A stretch of DNA of 64,000 nucleotides, taken from NCBI GenBank assembly GCA_951406725.2, contig OX597833.1, positions 66,030,001-66,094,000 on the forward strand, given 5' to 3'. The translations under genes were made by a program, and so were the position numbers. The notes below the pieces were generated by a model. It did not search any database and was not told the DNA's origin. It saw only the letters and a program-made list of their open reading frames with translations. Positions 1 through 12,784 of the stretch are shown here, in pieces. This DNA comes from Octopus vulgaris. Its lineage: Eukaryota. Position 1 is the first letter of the stretch; every line of letters begins with the position of its first letter.

Positions 1-204
1 GTAATCGCTGGTACTCGCGAAAGAGCTGTAGCAGCAGAAGCAATGAAGAGCTTCGTTTCAGGGTCCTCTTGCAGCTAACTACCTCCCTCGGTCTTGTTTT
101 CTTTTCCGATTTTTCCTCTCCAGAGCAGAATACCTCAGAGTGATTTAGAGTGACCTAGAGTGACCTTGAGGCCATTTAAGGTCATTACATCTGTTGTAAC
201 TAAT

Positions 205-452
205 TGCACTCCGTCGGTTACGACGATGACGAGATTTCTAGTTGATCCGATCAACATACCAGCCCGCTTGTAAAATTAACGTGCAAGTGGCTGAGTACTC
301 CGCAGACACGCTTACCCTTAACGTAGTTCTCAGAAAGATTCCACATGACACAGAATGTGATGAGGCCGGCTCTTTGAGTTACAGGTACGAATCATTTTTC
401 CCAGATGTTTGGACTGGACCAACATGAAATAAAGAGTCTTGTTCAAGGACAC
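205..452 (-). mobile_element. SINE fragment related to SINE-C in its 5' body, with a different tail
   Basis: TCATTTTT.CCAG....TGGACTGGA.CAAC.TGAAAT.AAG.GT.TTG.TCAAG.ACAC matches about 53815-53875. Confidence 0.6.
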
Positions 453-619
453 ATAGTGGATTGTTTAGTTTGGGTTGTATTATTGAACTGTCAGTTTCGC
501 ATAGGATGTGGAGCTGATCCTAGCAAGGCTATTTTTTATTGTATATTTTATTGTATTTTGTATTATTGAGGATCCACGTTATTATTATTATTATTGTTGT
601 TGTTATTATTATTATTATT

Positions 620-911
620 GCCTTTGCACAGCTTCTGACGCTGGAGATGTACTACGGTGTCAGCTGTTCACTACCAGTGAATTATGGTAACACCTCTTAT
701 TTTTCGAGCACCTTCAGGAATATTCGAGCAGTTCCAAGCAGTGCTGTTTTCTGCAAGTGGTCCACCCTTATTGCAGCCCCTATTTGTTCCACTTACTTCT
801 CGAGATTTTGCTCACTGTTCCCAAAGCTCCGACAATTATTGGTACTACCACTACCTTTTTCATCGACTACCACTGCTTAACTTTCCAAGCTAACCTCTCA
901 TATCTCTCGAC
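620..911 (-). mobile_element. R4/Dong-like (restriction-like endonuclease) LINE 3' fragment
   Basis: Minus-strand translation gives KKVVVVPIIVGALGTVSK...LQKTALLGTARIFLKVLEK*. (ATT)n lies on both sides. Confidence 0.8.
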
Positions 912-1022
912 ATTATTATCATTATAATTATTATTATTATCATTATTATTATTATCATTATAATTATTATTATTATCATTATAATTATTATTATTATAAT
1001 TATTATTATTATCATTATTATA

Positions 1023-1079
<57 letters not shown>

Positions 1080-1141
1080 GTTGTTGTTGTTGTTATTGTT
1101 GTTGTTGTTGTTGTTGCTGCTGCTGCTGCTGTTATTGCTAA

Positions 1142-1184
<43 letters not shown>

Positions 1185-1195
1185 GCTGTTGTTGT
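912..1195. repeat. Compound (ATT)n/(GTT)n/(GCT)n microsatellite
   Basis: Directly visible. Confidence 0.97.
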
Positions 1196-1390
1196 CAAGA
1201 CAGCGAGTTGGTAGTATCCTCAGTGCGCCAGACAAAATGCCTTACAACACTTCGTCCGGTTTTGAAGCCATGAGTTCAATTTCTGCCGAGGTCGAGTTTG
1301 CCTTCCATGTTAATCAGGGGCCATAAAACAATTACCAGTGAAGTTCTGGGGGGGGGTCGAAAAATCACTGCTCCCGTCCCCAAAAAATCT
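1196..1390 (+). mobile_element. Degenerate SINE-A
   Basis: GAGTTCAATTTCTGCCGAGGTCGAGTTTGCCTTCCAT matches the SINE-A B-box and core. Confidence 0.65.
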
Positions 1391-1452
1391 GAAGCCATTG
1401 CTATCATTATTATTATTACAACTACCGTTCTTCAATAAAATTATTGAATCAC

Positions 1453-1502
1453 GATGGACATGATGGTGATGATGATGAAGATGATGGTGATGAAGATGAT
1501 GG

Positions 1503-1552
<50 letters not shown>

Positions 1553-1652
1553 GTGATGGTGATGGTGATGGTGATGATGATGATGATGATGATGATGTTC
1601 ATGATGATGATGATGATGGTCATGATGACGACGATGACGATGAGAACGATGA
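1453..1652. repeat. (GAT)n microsatellite
   Basis: Directly visible. It is the source of the poly-D and poly-M ORFs. Confidence 0.97.
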
Positions 1653-2605
1653 CTTTAAAATACGATAAAAGAAATCGAAACTAAAAGCCATTCAGATGTA
1701 AATCAATATGAACAATTCCTATATTTCGTTGTGTGTTACTCACATATCGATTCTTTTTATTTGTTCACTTATTTGTTTGTTTGTTTATGTATTTATTTAT
1801 TTATTCATTTATTGTTCATCCGCCATGTTTGATATTTCTATATTGCAAATGTTTCTCTAGCGAGGCTATCAAACAGATTTCTTTTTATTAAATAGACAAT
1901 ATATAGTTTATAAACAATAGCTGGATGTTATAGGTGTGTGGGGGCGGGGGGGGCGGGGCGGTATGTGAGAGTGTGAGAGAGAGAGCGAGAGCATGTATAT
2001 GCGACTGTGTGTGTGTGTGTGTGTCTCTGTGTGTCTCTGTGTGTGTGTGTGTATCTGAACCTCTTCAAAGAAACTTAAACAGTTTTACAAGAACAAACAC
2101 ACACCACTTCATATATTCATATATAGATAGAAAAATAGATACATACAAACATACATACATATATACATATATACATGCATATAAATGTACATATATTTAT
2201 ATATATACATATATACATACATACAAACATGCATACATGCATATAAATGTACATATATTCATATATATACATATATATATATATATATGTATGTATGTAC
2301 ACACACACAGATGCATATACATATATATAAATATATACATACACATATGAGTATGCATTCGTGAGCAAATATATCTACCAATCTATGTATCATATATATA
2401 TATAAATGTGTATATATATATAAATATAGATATATACTTATTTATTTATTTATGTATATATATATATGACCATTCCGAAATATAACAATATATATATATA
2501 CTTATTTATTTATGCATGTATGTATGCGAGTATTCGTGTATACCTGTACGAATTTGTGTAAATAGATTCTGATGAAATTTGAAGTGTATATATAAATATA
2601 TATAC

Positions 2606-2659
<54 letters not shown>

Positions 2660-3783
2660 CGCACAAACATCCACATGCATACATACATACATGCATACAT
2701 ACATGCATGCGTACATACACATGCATAGGCATGCATATATATATATATATATTATATAATACTTGAGATTCTCAACAAGTTCTGAATTCTCTCTTTTCAC
2801 CTTACACGCCAGATTTCAGTTAATTAAGTTATCTTCAAATATTTTTGTGAATTAATTTATATTAAAATATTTTCTAGATTCATGATGTTATGAATAAAAC
2901 TTTGTTCGATTTTTATCATGTTTAATTAAAATACTACTAAACACTAAATGAGTATTTGATTAAACATAATTATATATAATAAAATTAATTAATAGCAGTA
3001 TATTTTGTATCGTCTACCATTTGGTAGATATAAAAATACAATTTTTCATTTTCTAGCGCCGAACGTTAATTTAGATTTTGAACGCTAACAAGATTCGTTT
3101 AAGTGTTATTCTAGTCATTTATTCACAACAAATTCTATAAATTGAAATATAAAATTTTGATTTTAACTCTTTCATCTTTTGGCTGTTCAAGTTACTGGTC
3201 GGCGGCCATCATGGAGCACTGTTTTCCATTTGTTTTTTTTATCTTTTTAGCCGAACACATCACTCCCTTTAGTATTTTTGGTTTTGTTTTTAAAGTTTGG
3301 TATTTTTTCCATCAGTCCTTTTTGCCGAACCACTGAATTGCAAGAACGTAAACAAACCCACACCGGTTTCCAAAGCGGTTGTTGAGGACAAACACAATAA
3401 ACAAATACACAGAAATGTGTGTGTATGTATATAGATAGATATACATAGCCTAGACATACGGTTGCACCTTGGGATTACAAGAGCGCCACTGTGTCTCTTG
3501 TTCCCCAGGTACTTTGTGGCAATCTCCTGTTCCTGGAGTGCAAGCGCATAAACTTCAAAGTGTGGTGTGACGTAGTGGTGTTGTGTCCAAGAGAGATTGC
3601 GCTTCGTGTCTTCAAACTTCCGGCCATGGTCTTTTCTTTTTTTTTTTTTGTATGCTGAGTGCTTTCCATCCAGGTCTTCCCTGAGGTAAGAGAGCCCAGC
3701 TGTTTTGGGGCTGCATAGGACCTCATCAGGAAGAGAGTGTTTCTTGTTTATTGCATGTATGTATATATGCGTATATATATATA

Positions 3784-3996
3784 GTAAATCCAAACAAGAA
3801 AGCACAAAAAAAAACACAACAACGCGGGGACGTGGAACGAATATAGTATTATTGGATGCTCAGGGAAGAAAGAAAGAAGGAGGGTTTAACGCTTCGAGCG
3901 GAGTTCTTCGTCGGAAACATAGGAGAAGGAAAGATCCAGAGAAGGGAAGACAGAGGAAAAAAATCGCCAACGGTACACGCGCGGTCACATTTTGAA
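3784..3996 (-). mobile_element. P1 copy with mutated hammerhead
   Basis: Reverse complement of 50405-50618. GAAA is changed to GAAG and stem II has a mismatch. Confidence 0.7.
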
Positions 3997-3997
3997 T

Positions 3998-4077
<80 letters not shown>

Positions 4078-4100
4078 GTAGATAAGTAGATAGATAGATA

Positions 4101-5707
4101 TGTTTCTTTATTAGCCACACAGGGCTGCACACAGATAGAACAAATTACAAGGTAGAGCTTTTCTTTTGAAGGTTTAAGAAAAAAAAAAAAAAAAAGAAAA
4201 GAAAAGGAAGGGGGAGTTTCGATCAAAAGGGATCGTAAAAGGAGAGAAAGAGGACAAAAAAAAGGGGGTTTAAAAAAAAAGGGGGAGGAAAAAAAATTGA
4301 TCAATAGGGATCGTTATCACAGAAATGTCAATATGAAGTGTAAAGGGGAGGACAGGTGAGGTTTACCCGTGCAAAGAAAAGCCTACGGAAAAGACCACGG
4401 TAACCTCGGTCAATGATGTCACATTTTATATTTCTTTTTTTTTTTTTTGCAAATAAGCAACTCTCTGTTTTCGATTTCTGGGTTCATAGGACTATGCTCA
4501 AGGTGGCTTCGTCATTCATACGTGCCATTCTTGCTACATTCACCCATCTTTTTTAAAACATTCGCTAGACAAAACTTGCCTCTCTACTCTCACTTTCCTT
4601 TTCAAGTGGTACTTGAAGAAGTTGATGAGAGATTGACCAGAGAGGAAAGTGTTTGTCTCCAATCCTTTCAGACGCGTCCACCAGATACATTCTTTCGCCA
4701 TAGCCACAAGGATGATGAAAATAGCTCTTCCTTCCCGTTTGAAGGAAGGAGGCGTGACAATATTGACGATAGACTCAGCTGATAAACCGACTCGTCCCAC
4801 ACGTGACAGCAGTTGTTCGACATAAGCCCACAGGTCGGAAATTGTTGGACACTGAACGAGTGCGTGCAGAACGGTTTCGTCGCTCTGACCGCATCTCGGG
4901 CAGGTCGGCCCCGTGTTTCTCGAGCCGTGTCTGTAGAGCTTATCCCGAACGGGTAGCGCTTCTCGGTAGCACTGCCAGGCCAGGGATCTCTGGAAGTTGT
5001 CCATGGGCCCTGGCCCGAAAGTCGTCCTGAACAGGCGGGTCAGGTACTCCTCGTCGACGTCCAGGTTCGCCCCGAGCTCGTCGTCGTACCTCCCCTCCAC
5101 TAAACCCCTATAGAATGCTTTGGTTGTGTTGAAGTCACTTAAGGTCGACCCAGGACGGCAGAGTTGCTTGAGAGCAACGCGACACTCGCGGTGCCATTCG
5201 CCCTTCCTCGGCCTCTTTTTGATCCACGACTGCAGTTCGGTCATGGAGACGAGCTGCGGGAAAGCGTGCCTCACAAACGGCGACCACACCTGTTCACCGT
5301 CGTCTACATAGAGCCAGAGATGCCGCAGTCTCAGCGCGTGTCTGCGCATCATCAACCACGGCATGCCCAGCCCTCCTTTTAACGGGTGTTGACAGCAAAT
5401 GGATCGCCTGACCATCGGGACGCATCCTTTCCACAAGAAGCGAAAGAGGATGCGTTGTAGTTTGGTGATGGTAGGGTCGGGACAAGGTACGACGGTCAGG
5501 CGGTAGTAGATGACGGACGCGATGTACGTGTTCGCCACCTCCGCTCGACCTTTTAGGGACAGTTTCCTCTCGGCCCATTGCCGGGCGAGAGTGACCACCC
5601 TACTCGTTATCTCGTTCCAGTTCTTCTCCACTTGGAGGTCCGGACCAAACCAGACCCCGAGCAACTCAACCGGGCCGTCGGTCCAGCGTCCCACGACGGA
5701 GGCGCTG
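4101..5707 (-). mobile_element. 5'-truncated non-LTR retrotransposon (L1/Tx1 clade), 3' part of ORF2 plus 3' UTR, inserted in a (TAGA)n array
   Basis: GC-richer island containing ORF 4540..5694. The 3' UTR ends ...GCTAATAAAGAAACA, and (TAGA)n arrays abut both ends (about 3998-4100 and 5708-5910). Confidence 0.9.
4484..5707 (-). pseudogene. LINE ORF2 C-terminal fragment (RT thumb region and zf-RVT CCHC finger)
   Basis: Motifs LLGVWFG, W..RKLSLKGR, FRFLWKG, GGLGMP, LPVRDKL and CPRC...ETVLHALVQC are typical of L1/Tx1 ORF2. A probable frameshift lies in an A-run near 4550, and the alternative frame RWVNVARM...IVL* ends at 4484. Confidence 0.85.
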
Positions 5708-5830
<123 letters not shown>

Positions 5831-5831
5831 G

Positions 5832-5911
<80 letters not shown>

Positions 5912-6059
5912 CAGATGAATATGGTACTTAAGTTGAGGCACCAGAATTTAGTACGGTATTATCCATACAATTTCAAAGTAAGGTGATTAAAATCAAAATA
6001 AGCAACAAGGATATCCAGGGGATAAAACAAAGCTATTTTATTCCACACGGGTATAAATG

Positions 6060-6245
6060 TAGGAAAAATAGAAGTTGAATATGCACTGAGAATAGTTCAA
6101 ATATTTTTTTTATTAATATATTAAATGCTTTAACTGGATTTACAGTTTGAAAATCCGTATAAACTGTGAAACCGGTTAAAGCTTCGAATATATTAATAAA
6201 ATATTTTAAATGTTCTCAGTGCATTTTTAACTTCTATTTTTCCTA
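6060..6245. repeat. Imperfect fold-back, arms of about 85-90 bp
   Basis: TAGGAAAAATAGAAGTT...ACAGTTT versus AAACTGT...AACTTCTATTTTTCCTA. Confidence 0.88.
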
Positions 6246-6263
6246 TACATGTGTGTGAGGGGG

Positions 6264-6316
<53 letters not shown>

Positions 6317-6423
6317 GTATGTATGCATGTATGTGCGTGTATGTATGTATGTATTCATACATAAATACGGATATGTACATGTATGTGTATATACATCTAT
6401 GTACGTATGAATGTAGATACATA

Positions 6424-6900
6424 CAGGTGTTGGACAAAATAATGGAAACATCTAACATCATAGCATCATAATTTTGAAATATCAATAAAACCGTCAAAAG
6501 CTTGTTTATTTTTATGTTTTTTTTATTTATTATTAGTGTTGCTTAATATGTTTTGCTAAAATAGCTGTTTTTCTTTCAGATATCATCAGAAAAAGGTAAT
6601 TAAAATTCATTAAAATGACAGATCTATCGGACTTTCAAAGAGGTCAAATTGTTGGTGCTCGTATGGCAGGTGCTAGCGTAACGAAAACCGCCGAAATGTT
6701 TGGTGTATCAAGAAGTACTGTCTCGAAAGTAATGGCAGCCTTTGAGAAAGAGGGAAAAACCTCTTCGTCGAAACAAAACTCCGGAAGAAAACCAAAACTT
6801 TCAGATAGGGACCGGTGGACTCTTAAGCGAATTGTTAGAAACGATCACAAAAGTACAACTCCCAAAATCACTGCAGAGCTTAATGACCACCTCGAGAACT
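6424..6900 (+). mobile_element. Tc1-like DNA transposon, left end and transposase N-terminus (truncated)
   Basis: Starts TA|CAGGTGTTGGACAAAATAATGGAAACA. ORF 6615.. MTDLSDFQRGQIVGAR...GVSRSTVSKV...SGRKPKLSDRD is a Tc1 paired-like HTH with a GRPR-like motif. The catalytic domain is absent and a SINE follows. Confidence 0.85.
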
Positions 6901-6935
6901 CAGAATATTTGCTGTAGCCCATCTTTTATACCTTG

Positions 6936-7077
6936 ACGTTCTGAGTTCAAATTCCACCGAGGTCAATTTTGCCTTTCATCCTTTCGGGGTCGATAAATTA
7001 AGTACAAGGGAAACACTAGGGGGTCGATATAATGCGACTCAACCCTCTCCTCAAACTTCAGTCCTATATTAGAGAGG

Positions 7078-7121
<44 letters not shown>

Positions 7122-7372
7122 GACGACGACGACGACGACGACGACGACTACTACTACTACTATCAAGGGGCGAGCTAGCAGAATCGTTAGAATGCCGGGC
7201 AAAATGCTTTGCGGTATTTTATCTGTCTTTACGTTCTTCGTTCATATTCCTCTGAGGTCGTCTTTGCCTTTCTTCCTTTCGAGGACGATAAAACGAGTAC
7301 GAGTTGAGTACTGGAAGTTGATGTAATCAACTCCCACCCCAAAATTGCTGACCTTGTGCCAAAATTTGAAAC
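6936..7372 (+). mobile_element. Two SINE-A copies (tail type 2) separated by (ACT/ACG)n
   Basis: Core motifs at about 6960-7030 and 7255-7330, with CCTTGTGCCAAAATTTGAA-type tail. Confidence 0.75.
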
Positions 7373-7407
7373 TAATGAAAATGTGTATGTGTATCTATAT
7401 GCATATT

Positions 7408-7445
<38 letters not shown>

Positions 7446-8104
7446 AGTGTGTGAGTGTGTGTTTGTGTGTGTGTGTATATATATTAAACTTCACAGCAGG
7501 CTTTTACGCTGTCTCCGTCTCCGAAATTCCAATCAGAAGGTCACAAGGTTATCATGGAAGGCGCTTACTCAAAGTGCTACAAAATGCTTTCATCTCCACT
7601 TCCACACTCTTTTGCGAGACCCTATTTTTAAATAAGCCACATATGCAATCGTTTACAGCCGCCATGTTCCTAAGTTAATTCCTATTCAATCTTCAACGAA
7701 TTTCCTTAAAAATGACAATGGCAGCAATTTGCACAGTTCGACACCGGTAACCTTTTTTGCAAAGATTCTTTATGATTCAGCGCCTTAAGATACACAAATT
7801 CTTTGATAAAAATAAAAGCTATGAAGCCAACGATGAAAATTATACAAAATGGAGTCAACGAGAGAAAGACATTTCGCAGTTATTTAACCTGGTTAAAATG
7901 GCATTTCTTAATCACCTTAAAATGTTACCCTAGATTCTTAAATAAAGACAGATACAAAATCAGAAAATTCAATCTCTCAAATGCAGCGTGATGTTTACGA
8001 TTGAAACACCTTTTTTTGTCTTAGCTAGCTGTTCTTAATCCTCTTAGAATGTTACCCTAGTGTCTTAAGCTTTGTTACCATATTCCTGTTGAAATACACT
8101 GATT

Positions 8105-8352
8105 CATCATCATCATCATCATCGTTTAACGTCCGTTTTCCATGCTAGCATGGGTTGGACGCTTCAACTGGAGTCTGGGAAACCAGAAGGCTGCACCAAG
8201 CCCAGTCTGATCTGGCAGTGTTTCTACGGCTGGATGCCCTTCCTAACCCCAACCACTCCGTGATCGTAGTGGGTGCTTTTCACGTGCCATCTGCACAGGT
8301 GCCAGACGAGGCTGGCAAACGGCCACGATCGGATGGTGCTTTTTACGTGCCA
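8105..8352 (-). mobile_element. RTE-tailed SINE or RTE LINE 3' end
   Basis: (CAT)n tail and a GGATGCCCTTCCTAAC..CAACC motif typical of RTE-type 3' ends. It appears nested in an older TTAA-bounded repeat (about 8065-8545). Confidence 0.55.
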
Positions 8353-8623
8353 TTAATTGTTTCAATTAATTTTTAAACTAATGAAGAATTTGGTAGAATA
8401 ACTTTGTCATTATTACACTGGTGTTTGGAAGATAAATTAACTTGAAGTTTTCATGGAGAGTTTCTATTTAAACCACTTTATACCAGAAAGAGTTTTATCA
8501 TAGAATCAGAGGCAGTCTTAGATGGATTGACATCAACATTGTTAAATAAAGACGGTTACAACATCAGAAAAATTATAACTTTGGAATTCGACGTGATGAT
8601 ATAAGATTGGAACGCCTCTGGAG

Positions 8624-8821
8624 TTGTGGTTCTCAACGTTTTCAATATCCAGAACAGATCCCAAACCAGGGATTTTTTTAGGGGGCCGTACTACAAAAAA
8701 GCAAAACAAAAATCAGTTAAAGAAAACTTTATTATATTCAAAGAGGGAAAACCATCAGGGGCTACCGGAAGAATGCTCGAGGGCCGCATGCGGGTCTGGA
8801 AGCCGTGGTTGAGTACCGCTG
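8624..8821. mobile_element. hAT (Charlie-like) MITE, degenerate
   Basis: Ends TTGTGGTTCTCAAC and GTTGAGTACCGCTG resemble CAGTGGTTCTCAA-type TIRs. The 8-bp flanks are CTCTGGAG and AGCTGGAG. Confidence 0.6.
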
Positions 8822-9065
8822 AGCTGGAGGCAAATAACAACAATGTGTAACGTCAAAGCTAAAGAGGATCGCATTTGATATTGGGGAACCTGAAATAAAA
8901 AGAAGATAAAAAAGTGATTGAGGTTTGTCTAAGCCTCAACAGTAAGCAACGGCAACAAACAGGATGGTCGTAGCTGGAACGCCTTTTTTATCATAGATCT
9001 CCATGGTTGAGGCTTTAATTAATAAATAAATTAATTAATAAATTTTACCCTTCTATTATTAATTT

Positions 9066-9154
<89 letters not shown>

Positions 9155-9224
9155 AAAAGACGAAGACAGGTGAAGGAACAACAAGGAGATGTATTAGTTT
9201 AATGCTCAGAAAGAATGGAAAAGT

Positions 9225-9260
9225 CTTTGACGTTTCGAGCCTATGTTCTTCGACAGAAAG
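9225..9260 (-). ncRNA. Minimal hammerhead-like motif (variant core) in a P1-related repeat (about 9152-9315)
   Basis: Reverse complement CTTT-CTGTCGA-A-GAAC-ATAG-GCTC-GAA-AC-GT-C-AAAG. Stem I is CTTT/AAAG and the triplet is GUC, but the core has A6U. Confidence 0.55.
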
Positions 9261-10162
9261 GATTAAGAGAGAAAAATACGAAGAGAGAATGAAAAAACAC
9301 GGAGAGAGGGAAAATATATATATGACGGGCTTTCACACAGTTTCCATCTACCATCTACCATATTTACTCACGGGGCATTGACTGGCACTGGGCTATAGCA
9401 GAAAGTGCTTTCTCGAGGTGCCACGCAATGGGACTGAACTCGAAACCATGTGATTGCAACGCGAGTGTGTTAACTACACGGACATTCCTGCAAATATTTC
9501 TAACTATTATAAGATGTTTGAGTCTCGTTTCAACAAGCATCTAATGTTTGGAATTAAATTGGTTGCTAAGAGCAGCAGAAAATTCTTCAAATTTTAATCA
9601 GTCAGTTGCGATGTCGCTCTGTATTTTTATCAGTTTCGTGAATAAAAATGTTTGTTCACATTTCTTCATCATTCCGAAAATGACAGATGTAACTCTGGGC
9701 GAATTTCATTAATTTTGAAATATGTTTACAGGGTACTGACAGCATTCGGATTTTGAGAAAAGCCCAACAAATTCATTTTCAATAATGAATTTGTTTTCCA
9801 GCCAATAAGCTGTTTGCATGTTACTAAGTATTTTCATAATTCTTTGTTCACTAAATGAAAATGGGGTTTCACGCAAGTATGAAGATAAAGATGAAGCAGT
9901 CATCATTTTTATCAGAATCACGAACACGACATTGAATTCATTGAATTTGCAATCATCTAATATTTTGTAAAAGTCACTTAATAACCGTCAGCAAATTCAC
10001 TCTGGTTCAGTTTTTCTTTTTCAGTGTAGAACCTGATTCGAAATTTCGTTTTCTGAGATTCAGCGCAGGCGTGGCTGTGTGATGTGATAAGAAACTTGTT
10101 TTCAAGCCACATGGTTCTGAGTTCAGTCCCATTGCGGGTCACCTTGGGTATGTGTCTTCTAC

Positions 10163-10351
10163 CTATTTCTTTTACTACCCACAAGGGGGGGGGGCTAAAC
10201 ACAGAGAGGACAAACAAGGACAGACAAACGGATTAAGTCGATTACATCGACCCCAGTGCGTAACTGGTACTTATTTAATCGACCCCGAAAGAATGAAAGG
10301 CAAAGTCGACTTCGGCAGAATTTCAACTCAGAACGTAACAGCAGACGAAAT
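10163..10351 (-). mobile_element. SINE-A, 5'-truncated, adjoining a SINE-B head (10063-10160)
   Basis: Core and tail type 1. The 5' end lies at ATTTCGTCTGC, within a few nt of the trimer junction point. Confidence 0.85.
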
Positions 10352-10387
10352 GTGTGTATATACATACATACATATATATATATATAT

Positions 10388-10552
10388 GACGGGCTTCTTT
10401 CAGGTTCCGTCTAGTAAATCCAATCGCAAGGTTTTAGTCGACCCAAGGCCATAGTAAAAGAGATTTGCTCCAGGTGCCACACACAGTAGGACGGAATCCG
10501 AAACCACTTGGTTGAGAAGCAACCTTCTTACCACACAGCCACGCCTGCGCCT
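10388..10552 (-). mobile_element. SINE-B 5' part (tRNA-derived)
   Basis: Reverse complement begins GGCGCAGGCGTGGCTGTGTGGTAAG. Related copies at 9323-9492 (-), 10063-10160 (+), 7497-7575 (-) and 38192-38240 (+). Confidence 0.8.
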
Positions 10553-10899
10553 ATTTTGTAGAATTTTCTTCATCTTGTCATATGTGTCTGATAAGGTTTT
10601 TTTGTTTTGTTTCTTTTGTTTTTCGGTATCTTTTGTTATTGTTTATCGTTTTTTTTTTCCTTCTTTGAAACGACTCAAGACCGACAAATTCTTCAAAGAC
10701 GCAAAATCTGTCATCAGTTCCTCTTATAAAAAAAAAAAATATTTGACCAAACCGCATCAGAAATGGCGGTAGATTAGTTCAAAGATAAAGAAAAGTAGAA
10801 ACATGGAGGATATCTTGTCAGTTGATCAAATATGACACAGCCAGAATAATTTTTTCGTTGTCTCTTGTAGATGTATGCATTGACAACACATTCCATTTA

Positions 10900-10957
<58 letters not shown>

Positions 10958-10981
10958 ACTTATATACATAAATATACATGC

Positions 10982-11045
<64 letters not shown>

Positions 11046-11057
11046 CATAAATATACA

Positions 11058-11125
<68 letters not shown>

Positions 11126-12293
11126 TATATATTTATATATATATTCACATATATATATATAAATATATATTTATATATATATTCACATATATATATACAT
11201 ATAGAAATATATATTTATATATATATTTACATATATAAATATATAAATATATATATATATACATATAGAAATATATATTTATATATATATATACATATAG
11301 AAATATACATACATATATACATACGTACATATATATATACATATATATATATACATATATATACATATATATATCATCAAACGATCGTACAAATATCAGG
11401 AGACAAGACTTTGCATTTATTTTATTATTTCTATTTATTTTATTCTTTTATTTTATTCTTTTATTTTTTTTTTTTTGTCTTCATCAGAGAAAAACTTCGG
11501 TGTTTTCGGCAAACGCAATGGCAAATTCATATGACGCTTGCTTCAATACCAAACTTCCTCGTGAGTTCCTTAACCAAATATTCTTATTCTCTTCGCTTGA
11601 TTTCTTCCTTTTCTTAATCGCGTATTCTTACTGTAACACAAATACAAGCTTCAGCTTCAGTTTTTTCCACCTGTTCTACATTTTTACTCAGACGTTTCTC
11701 TTTGCACTGTCTATTAAGATCATGTCTTTGATAACGTAATAAACTAGTTCTACAAACAGCACACAACGGTAAGACTCATCGTAAATATTAGCATATTTTG
11801 TTCCTTCGTTGAGTGCACGCTTATTCTAACTTCCTGTTTCTCTTTTGCGCAGATTCTTTTGCATCCTGTTGGCAAAGTAACAAAAAATGGCTTAATTTTC
11901 TAGAATTTGCAAATGTTCCTAACTGACAGCTCAAAGTACAACTCCGAAACTTAGATGTGTCAACTGTAAACAGAGGCTCGAAATCTTGCCATGGAGAGGT
12001 TTTGCCTGCCATCTTGGGATTGAACGAGCGTCAAAACGTATCGAACAAACATGGAGGGTTTTGCAAATGCAGCAGCACTAATCCGTCAATGCGACACTTT
12101 TGGCGCATGCGCCATATATTGGCCGTCTCTGCTCTGCGTCGTTCAACAATCAGCTAGAAATAGAAGCAGACTTTCTCGGGTAATGAAGTCCTATTTGCAC
12201 AAAAAGAAATATGAATGACTGAGAAAGGTCTAAATATATTACATCATAGCATGTCGGGAATGATAAGAACAAGAGGCGAGAAAATACATATGC

Positions 12294-12324
<31 letters not shown>

Positions 12325-12333
12325 TATATATCT

Positions 12334-12414
<81 letters not shown>

Positions 12415-12735
12415 TATATGCATGCATAGGTACATATATACATACATTCATACTTCTGTGTTGATAAGCGGATCAATGAACACGTGTGTAAACACGTATG
12501 TAAAAATAGCAAGTTACATATGCAGGTATGTGTGTGTGCGTGTGTGCATGTGTGTGTATGTGTTCGTGTGTACGCGCGAGTGTTTGCATGCGTTTGTGAG
12601 TGAATGAATGCGTATATCTCCAAATATGTATGTCGATATATGTATATATATATATATATTCATATGTACACACATACATACTTTGAACCCATACATATAT
12701 TTAAGCATATAAATATCAATATAGGCATAAATATT

Positions 12736-12784
<49 letters not shown>

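Noticed and set aside
867-1684. Poly-N, poly-D, poly-M and poly-I ORFs
   Set aside because: They are translations of trinucleotide microsatellites, open in several frames, with no complex sequence.
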